A stretch of DNA of 63,998 nt, the filler included, from Ionaspis alba (Eukaryota), in NCBI GenBank assembly GCA_964255285.1. It is 3 parts of 3 records of this genome, joined end to end, with 100 filler letters (N's around TTAATTAATTAA, not from the genome) between each part and the next. Parts side by side here need not be neighbours in the genome. Positions count along the whole stretch, not along the records: positions 47,483 to 63,998 come from CAXUUL010000344.1; 2 more parts are not named here. One strand, 5' to 3'. Positions 51,274 through 63,622 of the stretch are shown one piece after another; positions within the stretch are counted from its first letter, which is position 1, and every line of letters begins with the position of its first letter. Both the position numbers and the translations under genes were made by a program. The notes beneath the pieces are model-generated. The model was not told the DNA's origin. It did not search any database and was given only the letters and a program-made list of their open reading frames with translations.

Positions 51274-51689
51274 ATATTGTTTGGTCTAGTCTTGGATGGC
51301 GCCTGTCAAGACATGGGACGGGGCCAGGTGGATGGAAGAAAATGCGCTTTTAGCGGGCATGGTAGGGAGTTCGCACATAGGGATTGATTTGATGGGTGGG
51401 ATGCTAGGCGCGAAGACTATAACGGTTATACTATGTTTCTTTGGACTGCGGGAAGCGTTTCTAATAGGATCAACAGGAAGGTGGTGTTACTTGTAAACAT
51501 TTCCGGTCACGATCCTACATGTCAATGGTGCAGGTCAAGCTTCGTGATATGTTATATCCACAATTCTGTCTTCAATTCCAAACGCCGTGATGGCTTCCTC
51601 TAGGATCAGACTTTATGATGTTACAAGGCTTGCGGGTTCCACCGAGGCCAGGCAGCCTATTCGTTCGATCGCAGTGAGAGAGTAACTTC

Positions 51690-53468
51690 TTATGTTGACC
51701 ATGTAACTTTGATTTTCGTCCCAGCAAATCGCTTCTCCAACTGCCTTGGGACGCGCTCGTCCACTGTTTCCACGAACAACTCTCTCAATCCAGACAATAC
51801 ATCTGAGACTTCCGCAGAGGCCTCGAATAGCTTTTCGAGCCAGCCAAGATCACTGACACACATCTTATCGATCTCATCCAAAATTGAGCGTACCCTTTCG
51901 GGATACCAAACGAACAACTCCTTCAGGTCGGTACAAGTTTCTTCATGCTCCAAGACGCGTGATCGCTCAGATGGGTATTCGGGTCCGATCATCTCTGCAT
52001 ATATCGAACGCGAGGAACTCGACCGCGTTGCGCCGTTTGAGCAAGTCCCCATGAGCAGATCATATGCTTTTCCTCTTTCCATGCGCTTGAGTGCAGCCAT
52101 CGCGTTGTCTATGTGGCCTAATCTTAGCACCTCGACAGATGACGGTAAAGATGATAGAAGTGGAATAGCCTTGCCCCTGTCGTCGAGCAGATACTCGGCA
52201 TCCAAGGTTAGGCTGGTCAGCTGAGTGAAACATTGTAGATCGCCGATGTGGCCCCATAGTTGAACGTCGTTGCTGGTGTCATGGTTCTGTGTCCCGAGAG
52301 TCAACGTCTCTAGCGAGTGTCCAGCATATTCGACCAGCGAGGCTAGCATGGTGCTAAAAGCCTCAATGTTCCTATAGTTTGGTGTTCGCGAGAATTCGAA
52401 TGAGCGCAAAGCGCGGATTGTCATGAGGAGTGGTGGGAAGGTCTCTTCGTCAGCTTCGCAACTCCGGAGGATCAAAGACTGAACATTCGAAGTTGCCCGG
52501 AACTTCTCTAAAGAACGACAGTAGGGAGCGGTTCTTGTGTTGATGGCATCCAGAGTTTTGAGACACGCAAATGGCATTACGTCACCGCCGTCTTCCTCGT
52601 TTGTATCCTCGAAGTAGTCGTCGGGGTCTTCAAGCTTCGTTTCATAAATTGTGGGCGGTCGAGTAAAGACATTTCTGGCTGAAATGGTTCGAATGGAGGG
52701 AAGTTGGGCGAAAGCTAGCATTGCCTCGTAATCGTATATGGAACAACCTTTATTCGTGTTGAACTTATCGGGATCCTCGAAGTTGACCGTTTTGAGCTTG
52801 CTCAACGCATGAGAACGGGATCCAGCATCGTTGGGTGCACCACCCCCCGAGGTTTTATATAGAGGTTTCCGTCCTCGAGAGGTGGTCACAATCTCCATAA
52901 TAATGGGCGTAATGTGATACCACATCATCCTACTACAATGCCGAAATGTCACTTTTTCCAGGTTGGGGAGGAGAGTCAGCAGTAGAGCTTGCACTCCACT
53001 CTTGACGCCTCGTTGAGCTATCTCATGGTAGTAGCCGGCATCTTGCGTGTCCATATACGGACAAGCCAGTAGTTGAGCCATGAACTGATCGTATCTCAAA
53101 GCTAAATTCCAGTCTTCCATGTAAACATCGCCACAAAGGTCTTCCCACTCACGATGTGGGGTTGCTTTGTGAGCCTCGTCGTCGTGTAGAATAATTTCGA
53201 GATATCTCGGATAATAAGCAAAGGAAGGATTTTCTAAGATGGTATGCATGAGCCTAGTCGGAGAACTGTGAAAGCTGTGCGGAACAGCCTCCCTCTGGTA
53301 CATTTGTAGGTGCCTATACTTCTGCTTCATCTCTTGATGTTCAGAGAGATGTGTGAGACATAAATGGCGTATGAGCTTGCAGGACACAGAGACACTGTCG
53401 ATATCGTCTGGCATCAAATATCTCAGTATTGGAATGATGAGCTCGTTTGATAAGGTTAGGAGAGACAT
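51690..53468 (-). CDS. F-box domain protein, intronless (paralog A)
   Basis: N-terminal LLTLSNELIIPILRYLMPDDIDSVSVSCK and LLLTLLPNLEKV. Confidence 0.8.
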   Translation of the reverse strand: MSLLTLSNELIIPILRYLMPDDIDSVSVSCKLIRHLCLTHLSEHQEMKQKYRHLQMYQREAVPHSFHSSPTRLMHTILENPSFAYYPRYLEIILHDDEAHKATPHREWEDLCGDVYMEDWNLALRYDQFMAQLLACPYMDTQDAGYYHEIAQRGVKSGVQALLLTLLPNLEKVTFRHCSRMMWYHITPIIMEIVTTSRGRKPLYKTSGGGAPNDAGSRSHALSKLKTVNFEDPDKFNTNKGCSIYDYEAMLAFAQLPSIRTISARNVFTRPPTIYETKLEDPDDYFEDTNEEDGGDVMPFACLKTLDAINTRTAPYCRSLEKFRATSNVQSLILRSCEADEETFPPLLMTIRALRSFEFSRTPNYRNIEAFSTMLASLVEYAGHSLETLTLGTQNHDTSNDVQLWGHIGDLQCFTQLTSLTLDAEYLLDDRGKAIPLLSSLPSSVEVLRLGHIDNAMAALKRMERGKAYDLLMGTCSNGATRSSSSRSIYAEMIGPEYPSERSRVLEHEETCTDLKELFVWYPERVRSILDEIDKMCVSDLGWLEKLFEASAEVSDVLSGLRELFVETVDERVPRQLEKRFAGTKIKVTWST

Positions 53469-54855
53469 GATGGTTCCAGATGATTGCGCAACGCAGACTA
53501 ATTCGATTCCCGATATTCTAAAGGAAAACAGCGGAGGATTAAGCGGAAGATAGCTTTCTATGCAAAGACCAGCACAAGAGGTTCATAGACAATGCTCTAA
53601 TGAGTCACTATAAAGCAAGCAATGAACGTGGGTCAGAAAAGTCAAGGTAGAGACAATCAAGCTGACTTCCGTGATGGAGACCAAAGTATCTTGTAGAGCA
53701 TACCCGGACTCCTTTTGCTTTGAAAGATTCATCAATGTGATAACGTAGGGTTACTTCACAAAGGCTGAAACACTGCATCAAACAGCTTTGGGGTTGCACG
53801 ATGCAGTGAAAAGTCCCAGACGCCTCTCATCATTCGGCAATTTGTTCTGTAGCGACAGCTCTGAAAGGCGCTTTCAGAACGACGGCCTTGGTGGATCATT
53901 GTGCAGACCGGTTTTCGGATATCATTTGATCTGGAAGCTGACACATCCTGTTACGAAGTGGTTGAGTTTGTCGAGATAGAAGGAGAGGGCACGCAGGCCG
54001 AACGATTTAGCCATTTCTACCGGTCCTCCAGCAGGAAGCCCCTAATGTCTGCTGTGAGAGCCCCAGATTGACGTCGGAAATAGGGGCTCCACAAACTACG
54101 TCGTCCCACTAGCTCACGAACGAAGTGGCTACGTCTAGCTGCTACAAGGTGAAACAAGTAGATTTGAATGACTCATTACTAGGGATTAATCTGTCCCAGC
54201 ACTCGAGCATCACCCGCTGTCTTACCCAGGCTTTCAGCTAACCGTACCTAGTGACCTACTACGCATCAAGGTATGGTAGTATCAAGGCCAGTATTTTCCT
54301 GCTCGTAAGTCTATGGGTGCCTGGCATATTAAGACCACCCATTCCATAGCCGAGAATGAGCTATATAATGACTGTCGTTCTGCAGAAGGAAAGCGTGCAT
54401 GCCCTTTACAGTAGACCTGGTCGACCAGCCTTATTGAGTATCCACGGTAGAGTTCATCATCTTTCAATGGGAATCCTGTCTGCACGAAGGATTAGGAAAC
54501 AGGCTTGGAAGTGCGAATGACAATTCATAGCTCTGAAATGTGCAGAGAAGGCGTGATATCTAATCAACGTAAAAGACAGGCCAGCGATTCGAAGATGCGT
54601 CGTTCTGCGTCAGCGATCCTGTTGATCCCGCTGCCTAGGAGAGACGACGTGCAGACTGGCGTTGGGGATGACAGACCCGAAGACAAGGTCTCGAATGCTG
54701 GTCCTCTTGAGGAATTACCATAGAAGCTAGAATGAGCATCCACATCCAACTGCGGTGGTCAATCATGCAGACTCTGAGACTAAGACATCTGACTTCCAGT
54801 CGAGTATCTCATGTGCATGAGTAGAAAGCCAATGATGCGATCTCAATCCCCTGTA

Positions 54856-56727
54856 TCAACCTATCAGTTCATCTGATTCGATCTCAAGTTCGACTTCCGT
54901 CCCCTCTAAGATTCTTCGGAGATACTTTCTAGCTTCCACGTCCGACGTTTCCACGATCGCCTCTGTGAGGTTGGGGAACGTTTCCACAACATTTCCAGAG
55001 CGTTTGAAGATCTGCGAAAAGACACTGTATCGATATAAATGGGAGTGCTGCAACAGGGCCAAGACGCTGGGAACCTTCTTGGAATCCTCCTCGTACAGAT
55101 AGACGAGTTCATCAAAGATTTCCTCATCCTCGAACAACGACCGCCAAAGTGTGGCGCCAAACCATCGCGTGTGGATATCTGACCTCGTTTTATCCTCGGT
55201 AAGCTCGAGTAGTCGTGGACAGCCGTCAAGGAGATTCAACGAAGAATCCCTGAGACCGATTATTTCAGCCATGGCCAGGCGTGCAGCCCTCTGATGTTTT
55301 TCTTCGAACCATAACAACACATTTTGGACCGCGCCTAATCGTATCATCCGGAGAGAGCGAGGTAACCAGGCAGTTGGCGGGCAAGACTTCAAGTGTTTGT
55401 TAACCAAGAACTCAAGGTCCACATCTAATCTAGTAAGGCTCCAGAAATGGTGTAGGTGGACAGACTTATCCCAGTGCAAGGAGTCCTCTAAGCCAGCCAC
55501 TGGGTTATGGAGTATGAGCTCCTTAAGGGATTTATTACAGTGACCAATGAATAATCTAAGCATTTCGCTGAACTGATCGGGTGTCTCAATCCTGCTCGAA
55601 TGAGAGAAATGGAATGAACGTAACTGTGTTAGCTTTGCGAGCAAAGGTTTGAGAGTCACCAAGTCAACCTCGGAACTTTCCAGATTTAATTGGTCGACAT
55701 TTGATAGGGGAGGGGTTGGTGGGAGTGGAGGGTGTGGTAAATCCCCTAGCCCCGTGGGACTGGATGGAGGAAGGACTGACGCAACATAGGTTCTGTCATG
55801 AATGGATCGTAAGGAACGAAGTCCAAAGAACGGCAGCTCTCCAGCATCGCCATCAGCAACCGATACTTCGTCGTAATCTTCAGGATCCTCGAGGGTAGGA
55901 GGAGGGTCATAGTGGCGGAGGTCTGCTGCTGTGATATTCTTACATATCATATTCTGCAATGACGGGATCTCGGCGAACGGCGCCAATAGGTCGTAGCCAT
56001 ATGAAACCGATTCAGCAGCGGGGTCTGCAGGTTCCTCGATTTTGATGGATCTGAGCTTGCTGAGTGGATGTGTTTGCCAGGTAGTCCTAGACACAGAGTC
56101 ATGGTCGTTTGCCCTAGGAGCTGCTTCCCGTCCAGAGGAGATTCTCGCAATACGATGGACGAGATATTTCACCGACTCTTTCACCGTCTGAGAATTTCCC
56201 CAGAATGTGAGATGTTCGAGGTTGGGAAGTAAGGTCAAAAGTAGGGCGATGGCTTCATCGTCCTCGGACACGGTAATGCGACATGGCCAATCTGAGGCCT
56301 CCTCGTCCGTAAGATATGGACAGTCAGACAGTAGATCGCGGAAGCCGTGGTACTGCTCAATTAGGCTGCGCTTCTCCTCTTCAATGTCATCAGAATCGAT
56401 TGGCCATACATCACCGGCAAAGTTCTCATGATCTTCGACATCGTAAGAGAGGATTCTGAGGGCCTTTGGGTAATGAGCGATTCTTGGATCGTCGACGATA
56501 GTCCGCAACAGTTTGATTGGAGAGCTGTAAGAACTGTGGCAGTAGTCTTCGATCGAATATAATTCCATATATCCATATTGCTTCTTCATTGTCTCATGTT
56601 CCTCGAAACGTGAAGTAGACAATTCGACCAGCAACTTGCAAGTCCCAGAGAAGTTCTCGACATCATCAGGGCACAGATAATCTATGATCCGAATGATAAT
56701 TTCATTGGGTAAAGTAAACAACGTCAT
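54856..56727 (-). CDS. F-box domain protein, intronless (paralog B)
   Basis: N-terminal LFTLPNEIIIRIIDYLCPDDVENFSGTCK and LLLTLLPNLEHL. Colinear with paralog A. Confidence 0.82.
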   Translation of the reverse strand: MTLFTLPNEIIIRIIDYLCPDDVENFSGTCKLLVELSTSRFEEHETMKKQYGYMELYSIEDYCHSSYSSPIKLLRTIVDDPRIAHYPKALRILSYDVEDHENFAGDVWPIDSDDIEEEKRSLIEQYHGFRDLLSDCPYLTDEEASDWPCRITVSEDDEAIALLLTLLPNLEHLTFWGNSQTVKESVKYLVHRIARISSGREAAPRANDHDSVSRTTWQTHPLSKLRSIKIEEPADPAAESVSYGYDLLAPFAEIPSLQNMICKNITAADLRHYDPPPTLEDPEDYDEVSVADGDAGELPFFGLRSLRSIHDRTYVASVLPPSSPTGLGDLPHPPLPPTPPLSNVDQLNLESSEVDLVTLKPLLAKLTQLRSFHFSHSSRIETPDQFSEMLRLFIGHCNKSLKELILHNPVAGLEDSLHWDKSVHLHHFWSLTRLDVDLEFLVNKHLKSCPPTAWLPRSLRMIRLGAVQNVLLWFEEKHQRAARLAMAEIIGLRDSSLNLLDGCPRLLELTEDKTRSDIHTRWFGATLWRSLFEDEEIFDELVYLYEEDSKKVPSVLALLQHSHLYRYSVFSQIFKRSGNVVETFPNLTEAIVETSDVEARKYLRRILEGTEVELEIESDELIG

Positions 56728-57853
56728 GCTGCTTTGGCAAAGAATGAGGGTATCACTTGAAGTGTTTCAACAAGCTTCACCGGGGGAGCAAGTAAAACAG
56801 TGCCCGCGCTTGCTTCCTTTGTGGATTACGAATAATTTCCGTCAGAGAGTAGCTGCTGCGAACACGATCCAGAACATGCAAAGCACTAGTCGTTGTTCAT
56901 CGACAACATTGATGAGCTGAGGGCCATGGATCAAGACGCCGTTGGACCAATACTTTCAAGCCTCTTCTAGCAACGAGAGGCATAGAGAGAGAAGTATTAG
57001 AGCTGTCCATGAAGTACTCACATAGACAAGCCCGATTTTTTACATTTTCAAGATCTTGACCTCGAGAATTGTTCGTCCATACTTTTGGCTGACACGCGAT
57101 CAGGCTGCAAGAGCGTCTCCCAATCGATATCGCTCTTGGCAAGGCTGAACCATGGAGATGCTTGGCTGATGAAAAGGAATAAATGTCACATTTACGGGTT
57201 GGCATGGAAACATTTCGCCCCATACATCATTATTTGCATTGAATTGGTTCACAACTTACAGCGATTTCGGCCTGAATACCATCATGGTGGTGGCGGCCGT
57301 GGAGGTCAATGTTGCACAGTTAAACAAATGTAGTGTCACAATGAATCCCAGTCACACAACATACGCAGGAACCCGTGACTCTAAAATGTGTACATGGTAT
57401 TTGTCCCTAATCCTATCCCTATCCAATCCACCTCATTAAGTTCCGTCCCTACGGCATGCCATCATCTGCGTGCTGAGATACCTATCATCCAATCCATTTC
57501 ACACCACCCAGATCACCCTATCGTCTCGCTTTTCAGAAGACTACATCGAAAGAGAAGAAAGAAAGAGAGAAACGCCACTATATCATCAGGTAACATTCAG
57601 AATGCTATGCCCAGATGCCAACAAGAGAGACAAAAGCACACATAAAATCACACAAAAGCTGGCAAAAGGCTTGCTCGGTGGGTGATCGACAAGTATGTTC
57701 AAGAACTTCTGCGACAATCAAATGGCAGCATGATCAAGAACTAGAGTCGCGAACACAAGCTCTCATCCAACGTCCCCAGACCATTACCACTCCGATGCAG
57801 CGCTAAGCAAAAGCTGTTTGTCGAGTGAGATATCGTCGAAGGAAAGAAGCGGC

Positions 57854-58862
57854 TTATGCACAGGTGATGAGCTTGAGGGTGTTGATAGTAACAGGTGAGC
57901 ACTGAGCTGCCCAGGATCGGTCGTAGAGATTGTAGAAGTTGCCACTGAGGCACTGATAGAAGACGTTGGAGCCACCAAGGGCAAGAGAGCCATTGGAACA
58001 GACGGAGAAACCAGCGGTGATGAGGGCCCCAGCCTGGGGTGGGTCGTCGAACTGGAACTGGAAGTTCGAGGCGATGTAGCCAGTGCGTCCCTTGGCATCT
58101 TTCAGAACGCTGCCAGCGAGAGTGAGAGCGAGCGTGCCGTTCGTCTTGCAGGCTACCATGCCTGGGCTTGAAGCTGCAACCGAGGATGATGGTGCAGCGG
58201 AGGCCACAGAGGAAGCTGGTGCAATCGTTGATGTAGTCGTCGGAGCTTGTGGTGGAGCAGAGGTGACCTGGCTGACAGCAGATGCAGCAGACGTGGGGGT
58301 GGAGGTGGTCTGGGGTGCTTGAGGCTGGCCTTCAGAGAGCTGGCTGACCGCGGAAGCAACGGCTGTGGTCTTGGGTGCCTGAGGCTGAGCATCCGAGATT
58401 TGGGTGACTGCTGGCGCAGGTGTGATCTTCGGAGCTTGAGGTTGACCATCGATGATCTCAGTGACGGGGGCCATGGGCGGAGCCTGGACCTGTCCGTCAC
58501 CGATCTGAGAGACAGGCATCATCATCATAGTGTGGAATCCTCCTTGGATTTGACCATCAATGATCATCGATACAGGTGCCATCGTTTGGATCTGAGGTTG
58601 TCCACTGATTGAGTAGGTTAGCAACGTTCGCAATGCTTCGCGCTTCCGTGACTTACTCTGAGAGTTGTGTAGCTTGACGCTTGCCAACAGCAGATGTACT
58701 AACGTTCATGACCGCAATACCAAAGCTTCCAGCATAGGTAGGTGTGCATCCTGGAGGAGCAGATCCTGTCGGTGTGATGATAGCTGTGACGGCTTGGGCA
58801 AGAGCCACTGGCGAAGCTTCAACGGCTGCCGCAAGCGCGACGATAGCGAGTGTAAACCGCAT
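57854..58862 (-). CDS. PIR-repeat (Cis3/Pir-like) cell wall mannoprotein
   Basis: Signal peptide, KR Kex2 site, repeats like SQIGDGQVQA, C-terminal domain GRTGYIASNFQFQFD..FYQCLSGNFYNLY. Intron 58656-58605. Confidence 0.92.
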
Positions 58863-61800
58863 GGTTGCGTTTGCGAAAACTGCTGTGGAATATTATGAGG
58901 AGACTATGTACGGTCGGAGATAGATGACAGCAGATAGATGCAAAACTCGAGACTTATGAGCGAATGAATGAAGTCTCGAGATAAGGTGGAATCGGTTGAT
59001 AGATGGCACAAGTAGGAAGAGGAGAAGTGGGACGAAGAGGAGATGGTGGATAATCGGGGGAATGCAGGAAAAGTTGGTTAGTTCCAGTGGTGTATTGAAA
59101 CAATACCGACAAAAGCGGGACGACTGGTATGGGAATGATTTATTATTATGACTTTCATCTGCAGAGAAGAGGCCGGTAATTTAGACGGGTGGTCGGACGG
59201 TGGGTCAGAGAAAGGGCAGGAGCGCAATCAAGGGGGCTTGTGTGAATCCCACCTTGTTCGCCTGCTCCTTTCTGTTAGCTACCACGCCCTCCGGTGCTTT
59301 GGAGGGTTTCCCGGACAATTCGAGTGGACGGGGATTGTACTAAAGTTGGATAATACTCGGGCTGGTCGATCTTCAACAACCCATTTTAGCTCATGAACTC
59401 CTCCGCTTCCGCATAATCCTTTCAGTCAAGTTGTGCCGTGTCTCCGCAACCCATTCTGAGATACAACACTACTTAATGGTACGGAGTATGGTCGCTTTCG
59501 GTCCAGGGTATGGTAATTTTGGGCATTGCGTTGCGGAAGCTGCATGACTTCATGAAACCTTCTCTTCTGCAGCTAAGACAAGAAACGATTTTGTAGGCTC
59601 CCATTCAACTGGGTCATGGCGGTAGTCGCCTGCTCAATTGATTTATGTAGGAGATACGTACTCAAGTGGCTTTGCGCAGAGAGCATATCGCCCTGGTCTT
59701 CCAGAAAAAGTCAGGGAGAGCCGCGGACGCTGTCATCTGTATACCTCGTCCCTCAAAGTGATTCGTCTCGGGTAGATTACGCAAAGGTGTGGACCAACCA
59801 CCGGATAAATATGGAAGTCCCACTTGCGCACAAGGAAGTCCTACCAGCCTCCTCAAGCACTATCACAACAATACATTTGGGGAGTAGAAAAGACATCGCC
59901 ATTGAATCATCACGTAAGAGTCTTCGGGCTATCTCACAAGAACAAGCATTTGTTGTTGGTGGAAGTATTGGTGCGTAACCACAGGAAATCTCGGTGCAAC
60001 CATGTCGCCAACCCCAGCACCGTCCCGGCCTCCCTCGCCTCCTTCAGCGTGCATGACGATCTTCCCGCCACTGCTTTTGTCGCTACCCAATCAGAATATC
60101 CCTTCCAAATAGTCAATGGCTCGCCTTTTCGATAAAGCACACAGCCTTTTGTCAGATGTGCAGCGAGATCGTGGCCAACTAGACTTTGTGGTCGCGGAAC
60201 CTGTCCTGTGATTTTGTGCGACTCGCGAAACTCACCTTGAGCACTGCGGGCAAGAGCCATATCCGTGACTTGAAACTCTTTTCAGACACTTGTGCTGTGT
60301 TTTCTGTCTCGAGTCGGAATCATTCTGGAAGGCTTGACGCCGTCTTTACCTCATGTCGATATGTCAGCGTCACCATCAAATTACGTGGAAGACTAGGTTG
60401 TTGGATAGCAGATCAGTCATGCTAGCAGAGATCTCGGCCACCGGCAGATCTACATCACTCAAACCTTCATGCAAACCATAGAAGACCATACTGTAAAAGT
60501 TCAACACAGTGCGTCAGCTGACGGATCCAGAAGCAGCCGGTTTGAGCATGACGAGGTTATGACGCTCTTTCCGACGGTATTTGACACCCATCGAAGTATT
60601 ATTATGGCCGTTCTCTGGCCGTTGTTCTATGTATTAGTGACTCTTTCCGATATTAGTACTCGGCAGCACGCGTGTCAAACCTGCACTTACTCTTCAGCTC
60701 GGTGCGGGGTATCATAGTTGTCCTGATATCACATATTACACCTGGTGGAAACAGAGGCGGGTACCGTGTTTTCGACAAGAGGACTTTCATGGCATTGTTC
60801 GATGCGTTTCGAGAAACAGGTTAGACCAAGCACGACGAGAGTTAGTTGATAAATCAATCGCCGGATGTAATCTATGATCTAACAGCAGAGAAGATCAATA
60901 ACGCGACGCTAGGTATATGAGACCGTCAAATCATCATGATTGTAATCGTGATGCTGAAACTTCCGATGTACACCCAGTATGAGTTTCAGGCTGTAAAATC
61001 AACAATTCCCGGATTGCTGATGCCAGTTTGCAATAGGGAGACCGTCCCTGACTGCTCTGACGTGCTCTCACGATAACATCCTAATACAGAGCATGATCAC
61101 ACGGCAACAAGTCGGCCAAGGTATTTACGAGCCACAGGCCGTCTTAAAAGCAACTGTGCGTTGAAAGCTTTCGGATCCCGATGAAAATTCTTGCGACCCT
61201 GAGTGCCACGATCCGATGAGGAGTGGTAGAAGTCAGATAACGCCCGGAACCTTGAGTCCTAACATAGTTCAAATATAGATGTAAGAGGTCTTAAGTACAT
61301 TGACCTGAGCATTGTGAGGACCGTTGAAGATCGAAGCTCAAGGATTTCACCCAAACTTGTGGTATTGGTGCAGAGAGCCAACTGTACTTTCATGGAAAAC
61401 TGTAGAGCACTTCGAACAGGGAAAGCCTCAAGCTACTGCGATCGGTATTGCTGCATTTGGGATTACCGAAGCAGCAGCCAGAAGCACAGTGGGCCGGATC
61501 GACCATGAGTAATCCCCCTGCCTGTCTGGTAGATTTAGATTCACAGCGACAGCAATCATGCATGGCAACATGAGAATCCATGCACCAAACAGAAGCCATG
61601 GGCGTGTGGAAAGATCCCCGGAAGCCAGAGTGCTGGAGGTGGAGATGAGAAAGATTTGGTGGGGCGCCTTGTCTTTTGAACGAGGCCGCTTCTCACTATT
61701 AATGTGAGCCTTGTAGAGTTCATTCAATAGAAGAAACAAGCTGTGGTTTGATAGGAGATTTGGACGCTAGTTCGTCATATCGATGGGAGAAGTAGCGACA

Positions 61801-62530
61801 ACAGCAAAACAAACTTGAACGGCCGCTCAACCATTCGGAATACGGAGTACAGTCAAGGCAGTGATTGAGGATCAAGGAACGTCTGTGCGTGATGAAGAAG
61901 TCAAGAACCCTCAACCCTACCACGAAATATCTCAACACCGTTGATGCATTGCAGAGGCGCAAGCTGCAGAAACCGGCAAATACCTTTAATATAACAAGAC
62001 TATATCGCAAGAACAATTGAGTCTCATCTTTTCATGGTAATTATTGACGATCAGCTCTGTCATTGGCAGAGAAAGCAAGATAGTATACTCGATGAGGCGG
62101 AATACTCCCAACAAATCCTTGCGTGGCCAGCATCGGAGGTGAAGAGGTCATGCGGGTGCTGATCAGGCGAGTACACAGAGGAGTCGATCAAGCGATGCCA
62201 CTTGACGTTCTTGAGAGCTGAAATTGATGTTGACGTTTGGCCAGCGAAAGTTCGGAATATGGGATTCGTCTCCGGCACAATTTGACTTAAAGTAGCGCAA
62301 CCAAACCGACTAGGGATAGTCACAGAGTTAAGATTTCGTCGCAACGAGGAAGTTTCATTGTATTATTACAGGCGTAAAGCGAGGTGGTCCAAGCGCTGCC
62401 GACCGCGTCCGCGACCGCGTCCACACCCTTAAAGGTTACTAACTTCAAACCCTTTCAAGATCAGAAGAAAGACATTTACCTACTGTCCGAACCTGCTTCT
62501 CAGATATTCAATTGAATTAGTTCATCCTCA

Positions 62531-63163
62531 ATGACTACTGAATCCTTCAATTACCCCTCCGAACCTTCCTTTATCTTTCCTCAGGTGCGCCGAGCGTTCC
62601 TGACCTCTCTCGAGACTCTTCCTCCACATCATCTCGAGCCCGTGGTCGCAGGAGAAACATACCCATCACGGGAGGCAGCCGTTGCCAGGCTGAAAGACTA
62701 CGCTTTCAGCCAGGGATACGTCGCAGTAGGCGAGGGAGGGGGCCCGAATCGGGCAAAACTGCGCTGTTGTCAGCAAGGAAAAGAAACTCGAAACACCAGG
62801 AAGCTTGCAGAGGCAGACCGGAAACGAAAGACCAAGACTCAGGCCTCAGACTGTCCCTACAGAGTGTACGCAGCAAACAAAAAGCAGAAAGATGGACACC
62901 ATAGCTGGACGATAGGAATTACCAATCCCACCCACAATCATCCTCCCCTCGCAGATCCTTTTGGCCATCCTCAGACCAAAAAACGACATCCTAAATATTC
63001 TCAAACCTACCATGACTTTCAGCGGGATCGTCAACGCGGCATATCCTACCGACAAGCAACAGCGATCGTTGGCGAAGACGACTATCAAATGAGTCGGAAG
63101 GCATATTATAATATACGTGGCCCAGCAAGGACCGAGCGACCCAACAAACGGCGGAAAACGTAG
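62531..63163 (+). mobile_element. FAR1/WRKY-GCM1-like DNA-binding ORF derived from a Mutator-like (MULE) transposase, no catalytic domain
   Basis: Pattern YAFSQGYVAV..RC..G.ETRNTRKL..DCPYRVY..W.I..THNHP resembles fungal MULE transposase N-termini. No DDE domain or terminal inverted repeat pair seen. Confidence 0.6.
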
Positions 63164-63622
63164 CCCAGGTAAAACGTGGTACGGAGAACCAAGGAAGGAA
63201 AGCCGGCCAAAAAGATGGAGAAGGTGGGGGAACGTGTCTGGTGTTGGCAGCAGCAGCGAAGAAGGAACAATTACCCACAAAGAGGTATCACAGCCTTAAT
63301 CGGAGACGTTCTTCATGGACTGAATAGACAGTCAGTAGACCAATTCCAAGAAAGAAAGGACGTACCCGCAAAATTGATGGTGATATACTAAGAAATAAAA
63401 CTAAAAATCGTGAAACTTTTGATGTAGTATCGCCGTATTGAGCGAAATCTTGACTCCAACTGTTGACTCTCCCCAGGCTCGCTCTAGCATAACCCTATGA
63501 GGCTTGATAATCCTTGCTCGGGCGGCTTCTATCGTCGCTGGACGACATAATCTATGTATCCCTCGATCATTTTATTATAGGAGTAAGGTACTTTAACGAG
63601 CAACGTTCACGGAATCGAGTCA

